NCBI GenBank assembly: GCA_973895155.1
Contig: OZ316892.1
Location: 27,302,207 to 27,366,206, forward strand
Reading direction: 5' to 3'
DNA length: 64,000 nt
From: Marsupella aquatica
Taxonomy: Eukaryota > Plantae > Marchantiophyta
Shown: one piece after another, positions 26,401-39,300 of the stretch
How positions within the stretch are numbered: position 1 is the first letter of the stretch
How the letters are laid out: each line of letters begins with the position of its first letter
The notes under the pieces: model-generated
Told to the model about the DNA's origin: nothing
What the model saw: the letters and a program-made list of their open reading frames with translations, nothing else
The model's database searches: none
Translations under genes and position numbers: made by a program

Positions 26401-26806
26401 TGTTAATAATGTCTTCCGTATTAGGTTCTAATTTGTTTCACTAAGCACCTCAGTAGTGTTCAGCGTTCTGTACTTGGCGCCTCTGCCCCAAGCAAGAGAA
26501 GATCAAGATCAGGTTACCGGCAACGTTGCAGTGCACTTTTTGCATGTGTGGACCCTATCACTATTGAGGAGCATTGATCATGGGACAGATTGCCTCCGTC
26601 ATCTCTTTCCATGTAAAAAGTGTTAGAACAATGGTGTTTGTGTAGTCGTTCTACCAGTCCCACACAGTTATTGGATGTGACGTACCCTAGTTGTAATGGG
26701 CATGACAGGGGGCGTGATTCAGGACCCACCTCTTGGGAAGTTCTTCGCATTGTCACCTGTTTGGACTCTTAATCAAGCTATCATTCCTTGGGAACGCTTG
26801 ACAAAC
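26401..26806 (+). repeat. Left inverted arm of the MULE (portion with a visible partner)
   Basis: Reverse complement of 35015-35420; the same 80-aa spurious ORF is called in both arms. Confidence 0.92.
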
Positions 26807-27665
26807 ACCTGCAGAGACTCTGTGTTTGATGAGAAAGTCTGTCAGTCTGTGTTTCTTATGCAATGCTGACTTGCATTTTGTGGCGTGGAGCATAAGGTCC
26901 CTTGTTTGAGCTTGCAACTTGCGCTATGCAATCGTCGTTCTTCATAAACCTAAACTCTAAACTCTCTATTTGTGTTACTGTTCTGGTTTTGTGACAGTAA
27001 CTTCCTCAATTTGCCATAGACTTCAGCTCTTTTGGGTTTTGACAATTATGCGGCTGGGAAGCAGAGATTGGTGCAACACTGCCCCTTGCAACGATGACGG
27101 CGGTGTGTTTCTTTGAGACAACCATCCCCATGCTCTTCTCGATTAGATTTTGTGGCGGAAGCGGGGCCGGAAGGTTCCCCACTGATCTTGCAACTTGCGC
27201 CATGTTATCATCATTTTTCATAAAAGTTAAACTCTAAACTCTTTGTTTGTGTTACCGTTCTAGATTTATGACAACAAGTTGCTCATTCTGCAGTGAGTGT
27301 GATCTCGACGATTTTATAGTGTTGTGACCATGCCTCGGTCATTTTCAAGTCAGGCTAGGAAAAGCAAGTTGCCTATCCCACCACCTGAAGTATGGACACA
27401 ATTTTCTGAGGCACAAGAGAATGTGCATTGGGTCCGGCAGAAAAACCCTTCCTTTCTTAGAACTTCAGGATCTGGTTACGTTTGCAAGGTGATGACTGAT
27501 GATAGTTGTACACATTTCATCCGAAGAACCTCCTTCTTGGATCACATGCGATCCTTACATCGCATGAACCCAGGAGAATGTAAGAAAGGTCATCCAAAGA
27601 CCTCAGCCCAACAAAGGTGTGTAACTTTATTTGCATTATATGTGACTGTTCTGCCATGACAGCAT

Positions 27666-27952
27666 CTCGGGGGGTTAACTAAGCGTATATTTTGGGGTAC
27701 CACGTGCGATCCTAGCCTAATATAAATAGACCTATTTTATAAAGTAAATATTCCAAGAATATTCTCTATTTTTAATATTAATGACCTATTTTACTTTATA
27801 AACTGTATATATTAACGAATATTCTATAAACATGAGTTTATAATACCTTCTTTTGCCTCCTACGCTTTTTAAAAATTTAGTTAAGTTCTATCCAAAATAC
27901 TTATTTTGGATCGCACGTGGTTCCTAAGATTTTTTATAGTCAACCCCCCGAG
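27666..27952. mobile_element. MITE (287 bp) in an intron of the accessory gene
   Basis: TIR CTCGGGGGGTT(A/G)ACTA, inner IR ACCACGTGCGATCC, 8-bp TSD GACAGCAT/GACAACAT, AT-rich core. Confidence 0.88.
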
Positions 27953-28789
27953 GACAACATTTATGTGATATTTTGTGTTATGTTCACTATTCTGGCATGC
28001 AAATGTTCAGGATCCACCAAGTACAGCAGTGATTGAACATAATAGAGAATCAACACTTGGGTCATTTCATCGACGGGTGTGGAAGCAAAAGAGGTAGAAG
28101 TTGACATGGTGGTTACGCTGGGCACATAATCTGAAGATCAACCATGAGGGGGATGAAACCAAATGGATAGTTCAGAAGGCAACAAAAAGGTACCAACACT
28201 GGAGGCGATCGGCTGCCTTCACAAGCACATTGTCTAGTGTTAGGGGACAACACAGTGGCATTTTGGAATAAGCATAGTCCTGACATTGATCCTGAGGAGA
28301 TGCGTGCTAAGGTTTGTCCCTTACCAAATTGCTCTGCCTCATACATAATTAATTGTTTGTTGTGTCTTTGTTCTGCCATAACTTTCTTGTGATCTGAATT
28401 TTCAAATGATTGCATGTTAGGCCTGTTTGCCGGAATGTGAACTCAAAGATTGGAGCAGCGATGATGGAATGCCTGAATGCAACTTGCAGCAAACCAATTT
28501 TCAAATTGAGAAGTATGTCTTCCACTCACAAAAGGTAATAGAAAAACCCATACAGAAGCCAAAAAAGAAAAAACAGAACCAGAAGGCTAAGGGGAAGCCA
28601 TCTCATGAAACAAAAAACCCCCAACAAAGCCTACATCCAGGGACAAGAAAAAAGCAATGCCTGCAAAGGAGCAGCAGGCAGAAGTTCAACCTGACCGAGA
28701 AGAAAGAGCAAAAAGAAGGGAAGCTCGTAACAATGACAAACCCACCCAGAGGAAGAAACAAAAGAAGATGGTTGTTACTGAGGTACCAT

Positions 28790-29075
28790 TTCACAAGCTT
28801 TCTGTTTTGACGATTTGTACTTGTTTGTTTCTATTGTTCTTCTGGTTTGCAAGCTTTTCTCTTTTGAAAATTCATACTTGTTTGTTTCTATTGCTATTCT
28901 GGTTTGCAAGCTTTCTCTTTTGAAAATTCATACTTGTTTGTTTCTATTGTTGTTCTGGTTTGCAAGCTTTCTCTTTCGACAATTCATACTTGTTTGTTTC
29001 TATTTTTGTTCTGGTTCGCAAGCTTTCCCTTCCGACAATTCATACTTGTTTGTGTTTATTGCTGTTCTGGTCGGT
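28790..29075 (+). repeat. Intronic tandem repeat, 56-bp unit x~5
   Basis: TCATACTTGTTTG at 28872, 28928, 28984 and 29040; units carry a (T)GTTCTGG-like motif. Confidence 0.85.
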
Positions 29076-30839
29076 AGGAAGTGGTGGACAAGGAAGTCTT
29101 GGAAGCTACGGAAGAAGACCCCGACACTATCAGCCATGGAACAGAGCCTTCACATGAAGATAGTCATGAAGGAGAGAAACACTCAGGTACTGGTGATGAA
29201 GAAGAACAAGAAGTCCTGCAGAACGAATATGCCAAAAATCAAGCCAACAATGAAGAATCTGCCTTTGAACATGAAGGCAACAAAGCAAGAGACCAAGGCA
29301 CTGAATCAGGCTCCGAACAAGCCACTGAACAAGCAGACTACATTGAAAATGAAACTAGATTCCCAGATGATCAAGAATCCTACGAAAATGAAGGTGGAGG
29401 CACAAAAGAGCAAGAACCAGACGGAGGCGGTGAAACCTCTGGAGTACACACTAGTACAGAGCATTCAGAGGATATTGAAAACACACAAGCCACAAATGTG
29501 CCGTCTACTACTAAGGTATGGGCACTTGCTAGCACTGTACAATTTATTTCAATTCTGTCCGGTAACACTCTTTATTTCAATTCAATTTCTTATGTGTAGT
29601 AAGTTGGTTATGTGTAGTAAGTTCAGTGTGCTAACACCCTAAGTTAATTGCAGTTCAGTCGCTATGACTTGTAATATCATTGAAATTTAGGGGCATTGTT
29701 AGTTTTAATTTTGTTTGCTCCTATTCATATACATGATAGGCAATTTTGACTCTTTATGGATTACTGTTCTATGTTGCAAGGTACTCCTTCCGTAGAGAAA
29801 AAAAGGCTCAAGAAGAAGCCAACAACCAAGAAAAAGGGATCAAGGACAAAAACCCCAGAGAAGTTCAAGGTTCTTGCCACTATTGGAGGTAAGATAAGAG
29901 GACTTCAGGGAGGACTGATGGTCGTTTCACTTTTACTTACTACATTTTCTGTGGATTTGTGGAATGAATTCAACTTACTATTGTTCTCGTCACTGTTCTG
30001 GTAGGATTGCTCCCGACCATCACACCGCCAAGTTCCGATGAGTCATGGGGTATGATCAGGTGGAAGGCTGAATTAGGCCTCCTGCTAACCCATGCAGCAG
30101 AAAATTTACTGTGTGTTGTCCCCGCTTTGCCCAATTCTGTAGTTGGTCTTGATGGGCAGGTCATCCCCTTCATCAAAAGCTACAATATATCAGCCAAAAA
30201 TGGCAAACAAGTCTGGCTACCACTACACGCAAAGAGGCGGAAGTCCTACACACAACTCCAAGTTTTCCTATGGGTTTACCACACAAGGTAACAATGCCTT
30301 GCCAACCATTCTCTCCCTCTGAATATAGGTATGATGTAGGCAAGAGGACTTTGCTAATTACACTTTCTGTTATGCTCTGCAGGAAGATAGCGGTACCTTT
30401 TCTGGCAATTGACAATGCTCATCCATGGCTGCCATCTCTATATTGTTGGGTTGGACCAGATGGCATCCCCATTGCCCCTCGCCATTGGGACTTGTTAACA
30501 ACCACCAGAATTCAGCTTAGAGCCCTTCAGCTTCAGTCAGATAAGAATGTCACAGTTGAGACCATTGGACCCATGACTGACTGCCAAAAATTCCCACCCC
30601 TGGAATTGGATTCTTTGCCTGTTCAGGCAGGGAAGTATAGAGCCCACTAGACATAGACATCAATGGAAATGTCATGGTTGAACCATGTCCAATGTAACTA
30701 TGCCTGCCTCTTGGCAACTATCTATATAATAGCAAATTAAGTTATTTACACATCAAAAGAAACCAAAGAGTGTGAAAGCACTCTGCTCTTTCTACATTCA
30801 CTCTCCAGCTTGCAATGAATTGTCGTGATACATCGCCAA

Positions 30840-31460
30840 ATTTGTGTGACTGTTCTGGCAATTGTTCTTTTGCACCGCTACATTTTATACATTTGTGTGA
30901 CTGTTCTGGTAACCGTGCATTTGCCCAATACAAGAGTTGTCATATGTGTTCATGTGACTGTTCTGGCAGCCCTGCGATTTCCCAGATATAAGGGTTGTCG
31001 TCTTTGTGTGATTGTTCTGGCAGCCCCATGTTTGCCTAGCTACACTGGTTTTTGTGTTCGTGTGACTGTTCTGGCAGCCCTGCAATTGCCCAAATATAAG
31101 GGCTGCCATCTTCATGTGATTGTTCTGGCACCCTCGTGTTTGCCTAGCTACAAGGGTTTTTGTGTTCGTGTGACAGTTCTGGCAGCACTATGATTGCCCA
31201 GATATAAGGGCTACCATCTTCATGTGACTGTTCTGGCAGCCTCGTGTTTGCCTAGCTACAAGGGTTTTTGTGTTTGTGTGACTGTTCTGGCAGCCCTGCG
31301 ATTGCCCAGATATAAGGGTTGTCATCTTCATGTGACTCTTTTGGCAACCTTGTGTTTGCGCAAGTATAAGGGTAATGTTGCACTTGTTTTAGTGTTCTGG
31401 CAGCCCCGCGTTTGTGACCCATGATTGTTTCTCGTGTTTGTGTGATTGTTTTGGCATATG
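30840..31460 (+). repeat. Tandem array, 54-bp unit x~11 with alternating A/B (108-bp) higher-order structure, between the convergent MULE genes
   Basis: GTGA(C/T)TGTTCTGGCA at 54-bp spacing (30959, 31013, 31067, 31121, 31175, 31229, 31283). Confidence 0.9.
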
Positions 31461-31683
31461 AAAATTCTTTGTAGACTTTGACGGTCATTGTCCTCCTCAC
31501 ATTCAACTAATGAGAAATACACTTGCATTTATGTGACTATTCTAGTGTCCACTTATTTGCACACACAAGATGTGAAGTATGCCTAAGATCAATGAGTTAG
31601 TCAATAGCTAGGTAACTTATAGTTACTTTTAAAAGGGTCTTAATAAGCAGTGTTATGTGGTCACTGAGCACCAAATTTCATTA

Positions 31684-34600
31684 TCATGAATCCTCCTCAT
31701 GAAGGGATACATTGAGGTCAATATTGGTGTTTATGTCTACATCCCTAGCACCACCTCCAAGGTGCATGACACGAGCAGAAAGTGGTGGAGTGAACTGATT
31801 TGCTGTCCTATGTCGCCGCCTACCGTCCTTAAATTCCTTGCCTAACCTACTCAGATGCTGCCTGATAGATTCCCGAACCACTTTGCGCTTGGATGGTAGT
31901 TTACATGGTGTTGTGCCATCCTCCTCCTGCCATTCAAGAAAGTTGCTAAGTTACCGCTCTTCAATTATTTGGTTTTTCATACAAGAAAGAACAAAAATTG
32001 GAACAAACAAAAAAATATAGAACTTACCATATTAGTAATTATTTGAGACGAAGCTGCTTGTTCTCTTGTTTGTGTTGTCCTCAAAGCCATATTCCTCCTT
32101 CCTCTCTTCCCACCATGGTAAATGTCCACATGCAACACCTAGACGTCGCTTGGATGTAAGACCCATCGGCCTGACAAAAGCATCCACAAGACCTATATTG
32201 TCTTTCTATAATTCATTGAGAGGTGTTTAGTTTGTTCTTGGCTCTTCACTTTGTTCAAAGTAAGTTGTGTTGCCAGGAATACTTGCTCTGTTAGACGGGC
32301 ATCCCCTTCCACAATGAGCAAAATCTCATCAAACATGTGTTGCACAGATTGTCTGAGGGACCGCTCTGGGTTCTCTTTAGGCAGAATAGAAACATGAAGG
32401 CTAGATTCCATTGTTTCACAAACCGCATGAGGCTCGACTTGGCCTTCTACTTCTACATGTTCAGGTGGTGTCAGGATGTTCTCATTGCATTCAAATGTGA
32501 GATCCCACCCATGAGGCTACCAAACCTGGTACCTAGTTGTTGAACCAAGACAGCACCTTGACAACCTCTCACTAGCAATGCCTTCAATTGGTGCTTGCAC
32601 ATGTTCCCTTCATCAGCCCACTTACAACAGCATGAAGGAAAGTTTGAATATATATTGCGCACAATATACTCTCTCCCATGAGGTTTTAAACTTTTCACAA
32701 TTGCCTGATTGGGCAATGTTGGATCAGGAAAACAGACCTAATGGTCTTTCATTCGCTGCTCTGCCTTGTGGAGACTATTCAAGACTATTTCCTCTTTCTT
32801 GTAGTTGATGACTCTTCCCCTTGCTTTGCACCGAATTTGGTACCAAAAGAATGGAAGCATCACTTGAAAAAGTGCATTCACAATCCGATCAAGGCGACGT
32901 GCTCCAATGGCCCCTATTACTCTCCTTATCATCTTTTTCAAAGTGCAATGCCAAGCTTCAATTGCACCATTTGTATTCTGGTTGGCACGGGGCATTGATC
33001 GAACAGCCCTCATCCACTTTGCTAGAATATAAGACATGCCACAACATTAAGTACCAGAGATCCAGGCAGATTTCTGAAGTATTCCACAACTACAGAGACA
33101 CAGGATATTATGCAATACAGAACAGTTACAAAGGCACACAAACTTGTGCAGTACAGAACAGCTACAAAAACATTGCAAAAATAAAATACATGGCAAGATA
33201 AAAAATACAATACAAACACCTTAGTTAGACCAAATGGACATGTTGACAACAAAGAATTTACTAAAATGGCCAGGCATACCCCAAATAGCAAACCACATAC
33301 CTGTTCTATACATCCAAGTGTCTTCAAAATACTTCAGAAATAGCTTTTCAGAGTTGTATTTAATTTTGAAGGCATGCCACAAGGCTTGCATGTCTTCCTC
33401 AGTCTCAGCATACATTAAATCTCCAAGATCATCATTCATGTTTAGGAGCTTGGCTCTGTTGGGAACCTTCTTGATCAGATTCTCCTTCCAAGCCCTGTAT
33501 GGAAGTACTTGTGAGTGAAACGGGTAGAACAGTAACAGAAAGACTCTATAAGTGATGATGATAACTAAACATGAGAATGGTGGTATGTGGTTTCAAACAT
33601 ACCTTCTGACATGCCAACTATAGAAGTATATTGGGATGTTAGGAAACACTGCTTGTAAGGCACTAACTTCAGCTTGAGCGCAGTCGATGATGAAACAACT
33701 TGGACTCCAATCCGGAGTATATACTGTAATGGCCAGTATTACTCCGGATAATGGCCAGTATACAGTATTATAATGGCCAGTATACAATATATACTCCGGA
33801 TAATGGCCAGTATACAAAAATAAACCAAAACAGTAATGTCATTCAACATAGAAATCAACCAGAACGGTATTCAAACACATGATAACATCACAAAAATGAA
33901 TAAAACATAATGTAGGAAAGGGACCAAGAGAACTGACCCCATATTTGTTAATTGCAAATGTGGAGTCCAGGGCCAAGACCGACCCATGAGACAACTTTGT
34001 CATTTGAGCAAGCTGCCAAGGTGATTGGAGTCCAAGCATGAACTCCTGCTCTGGAGGTCCCTCCAAGTACTCATGGGAAAGAAAAACTCTTTCAGGGTAA
34101 AGGCATTTCCATTTCCGCATTGAGGCTTGGTCATTGTCATCCCATAACCACAACTCTTTGTCAATTTTCCTCTTCAGGTTTCGCAGGTCCTGTTTTGACA
34201 AAAGGTCGTCTCTACCATCAAAGCTTAGTGTGACTTCCATGTCAGTGACATTATGGCCACGATCATCACCATCCCTCTCAAATTGTGACTGACAGTGTAG
34301 GTCATATATGTCAAGGACAGACCACTTTGCCCTCAACAAGTCTTCTAGGTGTTTTTGCAACTCGTTGGTCAGCCATGGAGCAACACTACACTTTGGCCCC
34401 CACGTTGGCGGCCCCATTTCATGCTCCCAAGAACCAGGCACTATGTCGCCTCTGAGGTTGCAATGGATTCTGCAACCATAACAATAATAACCACACACAG
34501 TTTCAGTGATGTTTGGTGACAGAACAGTAACAACATCACATAGTTTCAGTGAAGTTTGATGCCAGAACACACACTATATCGCAAATAACTTACTGTGATG

Positions 34601-35125
34601 TGAAGAGTACATGGTGGCAGAACAGTAAGGAAAACTCAAACTGGAACGCAAGAACAGAGTCATAGAAGTTCATTTTGAGTCAAAAGGTAGTCTATACCTA
34701 TTACTATAGGTGATTTGAACAGCGTCAGGGATCATCTTGAATCTCTTTGCAATGAAGTGGCATTGACAATTCCTTTTTGCGTGATTGTTGAAGTTCTTTT
34801 TGCATAGACGTGGCCTGCTCCCAATTCCTAACTTTGGATGTGTTCCTTGGAGAGGAGGAACACATAGATTGACATTGTCTTCTTGCGGGCCATAAGAACA
34901 CCAGAATATCTTATACTCTACCCAATCTGTGTTCTCAGAATCTGATTTCTTTGAAGTCCTAATGTAAAAAGATGTCTCAAATTTAGGATCTCTTCTGCCC
35001 TCCCCATCCCTAAAGTCTGTCAGGCGTTCCCAAGGAATGATAGCTTGATTAAGAGTCCAAACAAGTGACAATGCGGAGAACTTCCCAGGAGGTGGGTCCT
35101 GAATCACGCCCCTTGTCATGTCCAT
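31684..35125 (-). pseudogene. MULE transposase with DDE and SWIM zinc finger, disrupted
   Basis: WCSYGP..CQCHF N-terminal Zn module, LALDSTFAINKYG (D1), FIIDCAQAE..WHVRR (D2), NTNGAIEAWH (E), CCCKW..GNMCKH (SWIM). Stop at 32738, frameshift near 32475, and part of the DDE region is replaced near 33720-33815. Confidence 0.88.
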
Positions 35126-35418
35126 TACAACTAGGGTACGTCACATCCAATAACTGTGTGGGACTGGTAGAACGACTACACAAACACCATTGTTCTAACA
35201 CGTTTTACATGGAAAGAGATGACGGAGGCAATCTGTCCCACGATCAATGCTCCTCAATAGTGATAGGGTCCACACATGCAAAAAGTGCACTGCAACGTTG
35301 CCAGTAACCTGATCTTGATCTTCTCTTGCTTGGGGCAGAGGCGCCAAGTACAGAACGCTGAACACTACTGAGGTGCTTAGTGAAACAAATTAGAACCTAA
35401 TACGGAAGACATTGTTAA
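35015..35418 (-). repeat. Right inverted arm of the MULE, truncated by the CACTA insertion
   Basis: Identity with the left arm stops exactly where CACTAGTAGAAA begins. Confidence 0.9.
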
Positions 35419-36309
35419 CACTAGTAGAAACCGAGGTGTTTTATGACTAAGTGTTACGACTGCCCATGACTCCTTGTGACTAAAGTTTGGGGGGTATCAA
35501 GCCAGTCGTAATTTTGACATAGAGTCTTATTTAAAGTGACTGAAATCGATTGGTCATTTATGTGACTAGGGTTTAAGACATATTTTGTGACTAATAATGA
35601 CCACATCCGTACTTGGGCATTTTGGGATTAGGAGAAGGTGTAGTCTTATAAATGACTGAAAAGTAGTCATTTGTATGACTCAAAATGAGGTATGAATTAG
35701 TCACAAAGAGTCAGTGAGGAAGAGTAGCCTTTCGCATATATGACTGGTGCTATGGTTCAATATCGGAACACAGGTGACTGATTATGACTACCTGGTCTTA
35801 AAAGTTTAGAGTATATGGGCACATTAGTGACCGATGATGACTACAGATGACTAATCATTCTTAAAAATCTTAAGATTGGGCTAGACTGGTTGGTCTTATT
35901 GGGGACCACTTGATATCTTAATGACCCAAAATGACTCATTAGTCTAGTTCACGATTGCATTCTTTGACCCTTTTGGTCAAAGATTTTGACCAAAAGGGTG
36001 AGGCAATTGCAGCCTGCACATAGTACTAGAACCATGACTAATAGACAACTGAAGCATAGAAGCATACATTCAAGCACTCAAGCAAACAAGTACACAAGTC
36101 TTACATGAAAACATGAGAGACAACATAGTTCTATTAGAATCTTAGAACTCATATTAACTATTGAACACACATGCATAATTTCGTACAAACAAAGTTGTCA
36201 CAACATGATCAGTGGATGATCCAGTGAATCTCAATTCAACTCTGCATTATGAAATATCTCGGTAACATTTGGCACCATGGATGCAGTTGTTTGTAAGTTT
36301 AGGCTAAAA

Positions 36310-39300
36310 CTACAAACCACACATTTCAGGTGTCCCTATGTATTCTGTTGGCCACAACACCAAAGAGTTCAAAGCATCTGCAATAGTTGTCTGTGGCGGG
36401 TCATCATTCAAATTAGGAACTGGCAAAGGGGTCTTTGGCTTCACAAGCTTTGTCAACAACACTACAGAATACCCTGTTGGTACTTCTTTGCAATGGAATG
36501 TAATCTGCTCTGGGCGCAATTTTCCATACCCTACACACAACTCATTTTGCTCTGGTGAGAACAATACATACTCAGGATGTGCCTGAGTCTTCAATTCTGC
36601 ATCAGCTTTACGCTTCTTTGCCGCTGCCACTCTACCACTTGCCCTGGCCCGACCCTTCACCTTCCGAATAGGTCTCCCAGCAGCTAAAAGCTCTACTTCT
36701 ACTCCACCGTCTGTGGTCACACCCTGTATGTCACCTGCCTGTGATGGAATTTGGGTCTCCACCTGGCCCTCTGTTTTGCATCCATTCTCACAGGCTTTGG
36801 CAACTTCTATGAACTCTTCATATGGATCCAAACTGGAGGTATTCAGTACATTGGTAACCTCTGCAATAACAAAATAGCAAGTCAACACCCTATCAACATT
36901 TTTGCCTTATCTCCAATCATGGAAACATATAACAAAACACATTTTTTGTGTCATCTCCAATCATGGAAACATATGAGAAACCTTACCTTCCATTGTTGGG
37001 GCCATGGTACCCTCCACATCCCTTTCTGTGGGCTCCACCTCCATTTGCTGTTCAATATTACCCTCTGGATTCATCAAATTGGAGTAATGTGGCAGGTCTC
37101 TAGAGCCTCCATTCCATATTGCATTCATTATACATTTGTATTGGTCTTCTTGCACACGAATAAGCTTCTGAACATCTTCCTTTAAAGCAGTCAACTCACT
37201 TGCCATTTCACTCAATTTCACAGTCACATCATTCTCATGAGACTCCATACATTTCACACGATCTGATAAATTGCTAAGAGAACATGATCCACCTCCCTGC
37301 AAACACATATGTCCAACAGAGTCAATCCATTACACCTGAAAAAGAATATATGGTCCCATTGTTCATGCAAACTATGGAATGTGGAGCGAAAAAAACACTA
37401 TCTGGTATGAGTACTTACTTGGTTTGAAGGATCACTCTGGCCAGATTTCTGCTTCTGTTTTCTTGCTTCAGCTCTCACCTCTTCTTTTGTAGGGGACTGT
37501 CCATTTTGTGCCTTCTGCATACAGTGTAAATGCACACATTATTTGCTCGGACACAAAAAAACTCAAATACACTGTAGAAGCTAGGTCTGCCAATCCAACG
37601 ATTATTCTTACCAGCTGCTCTACTATTGGAGCATTCCCTTTCCTTCCTGTCAAGTTAAGGTTCTGAACATTGCCACGTGCATATGCCATCTGGGAACTCT
37701 TACTCTTGCCGGATTCACTCAAGAAGTGATGGACTAGCTTGCTCCATTGAAGAGGATCTGTCAATGGGGGAGCAGGCATTCTTTGGTCCTCTCCACCTTC
37801 TTGAAACAACACGTGCAATCTCCACCTCTCATTCTTCAGAATTGTCTTTGCATGAGCCTGAAGACACTCCATGGCTACTCCATCCGGATGGCCCACATAT
37901 TTCCATTTTGCGGCTACATTGTCAACAACTTGTTGCCAATCCGCTGGATGCTGCTGCACAAAATTCACCACACTCAAATCCAGCCATCGCAATATTTCAC
38001 CTTTCAAGTCAGCCAACCAACGATTCTTCCCTGCAGATGCACTGTTCACCCAACGGTTGCTCCCAATCTCCACTACTCCTTTCTTGGTTCTGTCAGGTCC
38101 TGCATTGCTTTCTGTGGTACTGCTTGGTGTGACAGGTTTAGGATTCGCTGGAACTTTTGTACTACCCTTTAGTGGACTTATAATGCCCCCTGCATCATCC
38201 CACATCCATGTGACATCATACAATAGTAACATCAATACCTTTGTATATGTCAAATAGTGGATACCAATTGCAATTGTTTATTGTTTCATAAGTGTAACTT
38301 ACCAGATGCTTTGGCGACACTCTGTGGATAAGAGGCAGGCTCAACTACCTGTACATCTTCCCCACCAGCCAACCAATCAGGCTCTGGCCATTGCTCAGAA
38401 CCATAGGCTACAGTTGTCTCTTGTCCTGCCTCTACTTTAGGTTCATAGTAAACCTCCTTGTCAGTTACTCCCCAATCAGGATGGGCAGAATCTGCAGTCA
38501 CATAATTAAGCACTTTAATTAGGTCTTTAACATCACACTAGCATACCCTTTATTTCCAAAGTAATTTACATAAATGCCAGAATTGAAGGGCAATCCCTAC
38601 TCACATCTCCAATCGTCTCTTGTTGCTCCATACTGCTCAGTATGTTGTGTTGGTCTACCTTGGCCCCGTGTAATGTGTGCTGGTGGTGGACCCGTAACAT
38701 ACACAACAATGTGCCCAGCAGGTGGTGGTGGTCCATACCCATCCACTTGTGGGGCTGCTCTCCCCTGAGAGGGTGCACTGTGTGTTGGTGGTGCTCCATA
38801 CACCACAGTGTACCCCTCGCTGCGTGGGGTTGCTCTAACCTGACCTGTGTTGTGGGTATGTGTTGTTGCTCTACTTGCAAAGGAGGGTGGGATGTGCCCA
38901 CCATGTGGTGCAGCTCCATACACAACAGTGTGACCACCTACACCAACAGTTGTTGTTCCATACCCACTGCTCTGTTGGGTTTTACCTGGAGGTGGAGGTG
39001 GAGGTGGTATGTGCCCAGCACGCCCCACTGGTCCGGACCCACGTGCAATGTAATGCACTGTGCTTCACCCTCCAGATGTTGTTGTACTGTGCCCACGGCC
39101 CATACCCCGAGTAGCAAGTCCACCTCTCTTAGCCTGCAAGAACATATGTGCAAGGACAATAAACTTAAAAGAAGTATCTTCCTCTGACTTGCCACACTCA
39201 CATGAGCCAAACATATCACTACTGTGATACACTAGTTCAACACTTCATAATTACCACAATTTTCCTGGGCTCCTCGATAGTACGCTTGCCCTGCCCATAT

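Larger units (their letters stand above)
27330..30650 (+). pseudogene. MULE accessory gene, multi-exon: C2H2-like Zn finger, basic and acidic low-complexity middle, ~180-aa C-terminal globular domain
   Basis: YVCKVMTDDSCTHF..SFLDHMRSLH. GT-AG-bounded coding-like blocks at ~27330-27616, 28010-28310, 28420-28782, 29078-29514, 29780-29890, 30005-30287 and 30383-30650. Apparent frameshift near 28650. Confidence 0.6.
25910..35418. mobile_element. Mutator-like (MULE) DNA transposon with long inverted arms and two convergent genes; left end approximate, right arm cut by a CACTA
   Basis: 26401-26806 is a near-perfect reverse complement of 35015-35420. The arms enclose a DDE/SWIM transposase (minus) and a second gene (plus). 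No TSD is visible because the outer right arm is absent. Confidence 0.8.

Noticed and set aside
26514-26756. Duplicated 80-aa ORF (also 35065-35307)
   Set aside because: A by-product of the inverted arms, antisense to the transposase start.
30825-31424. Cys/Val-rich repeat proteins
   Set aside because: Translations of the 54-bp tandem array.
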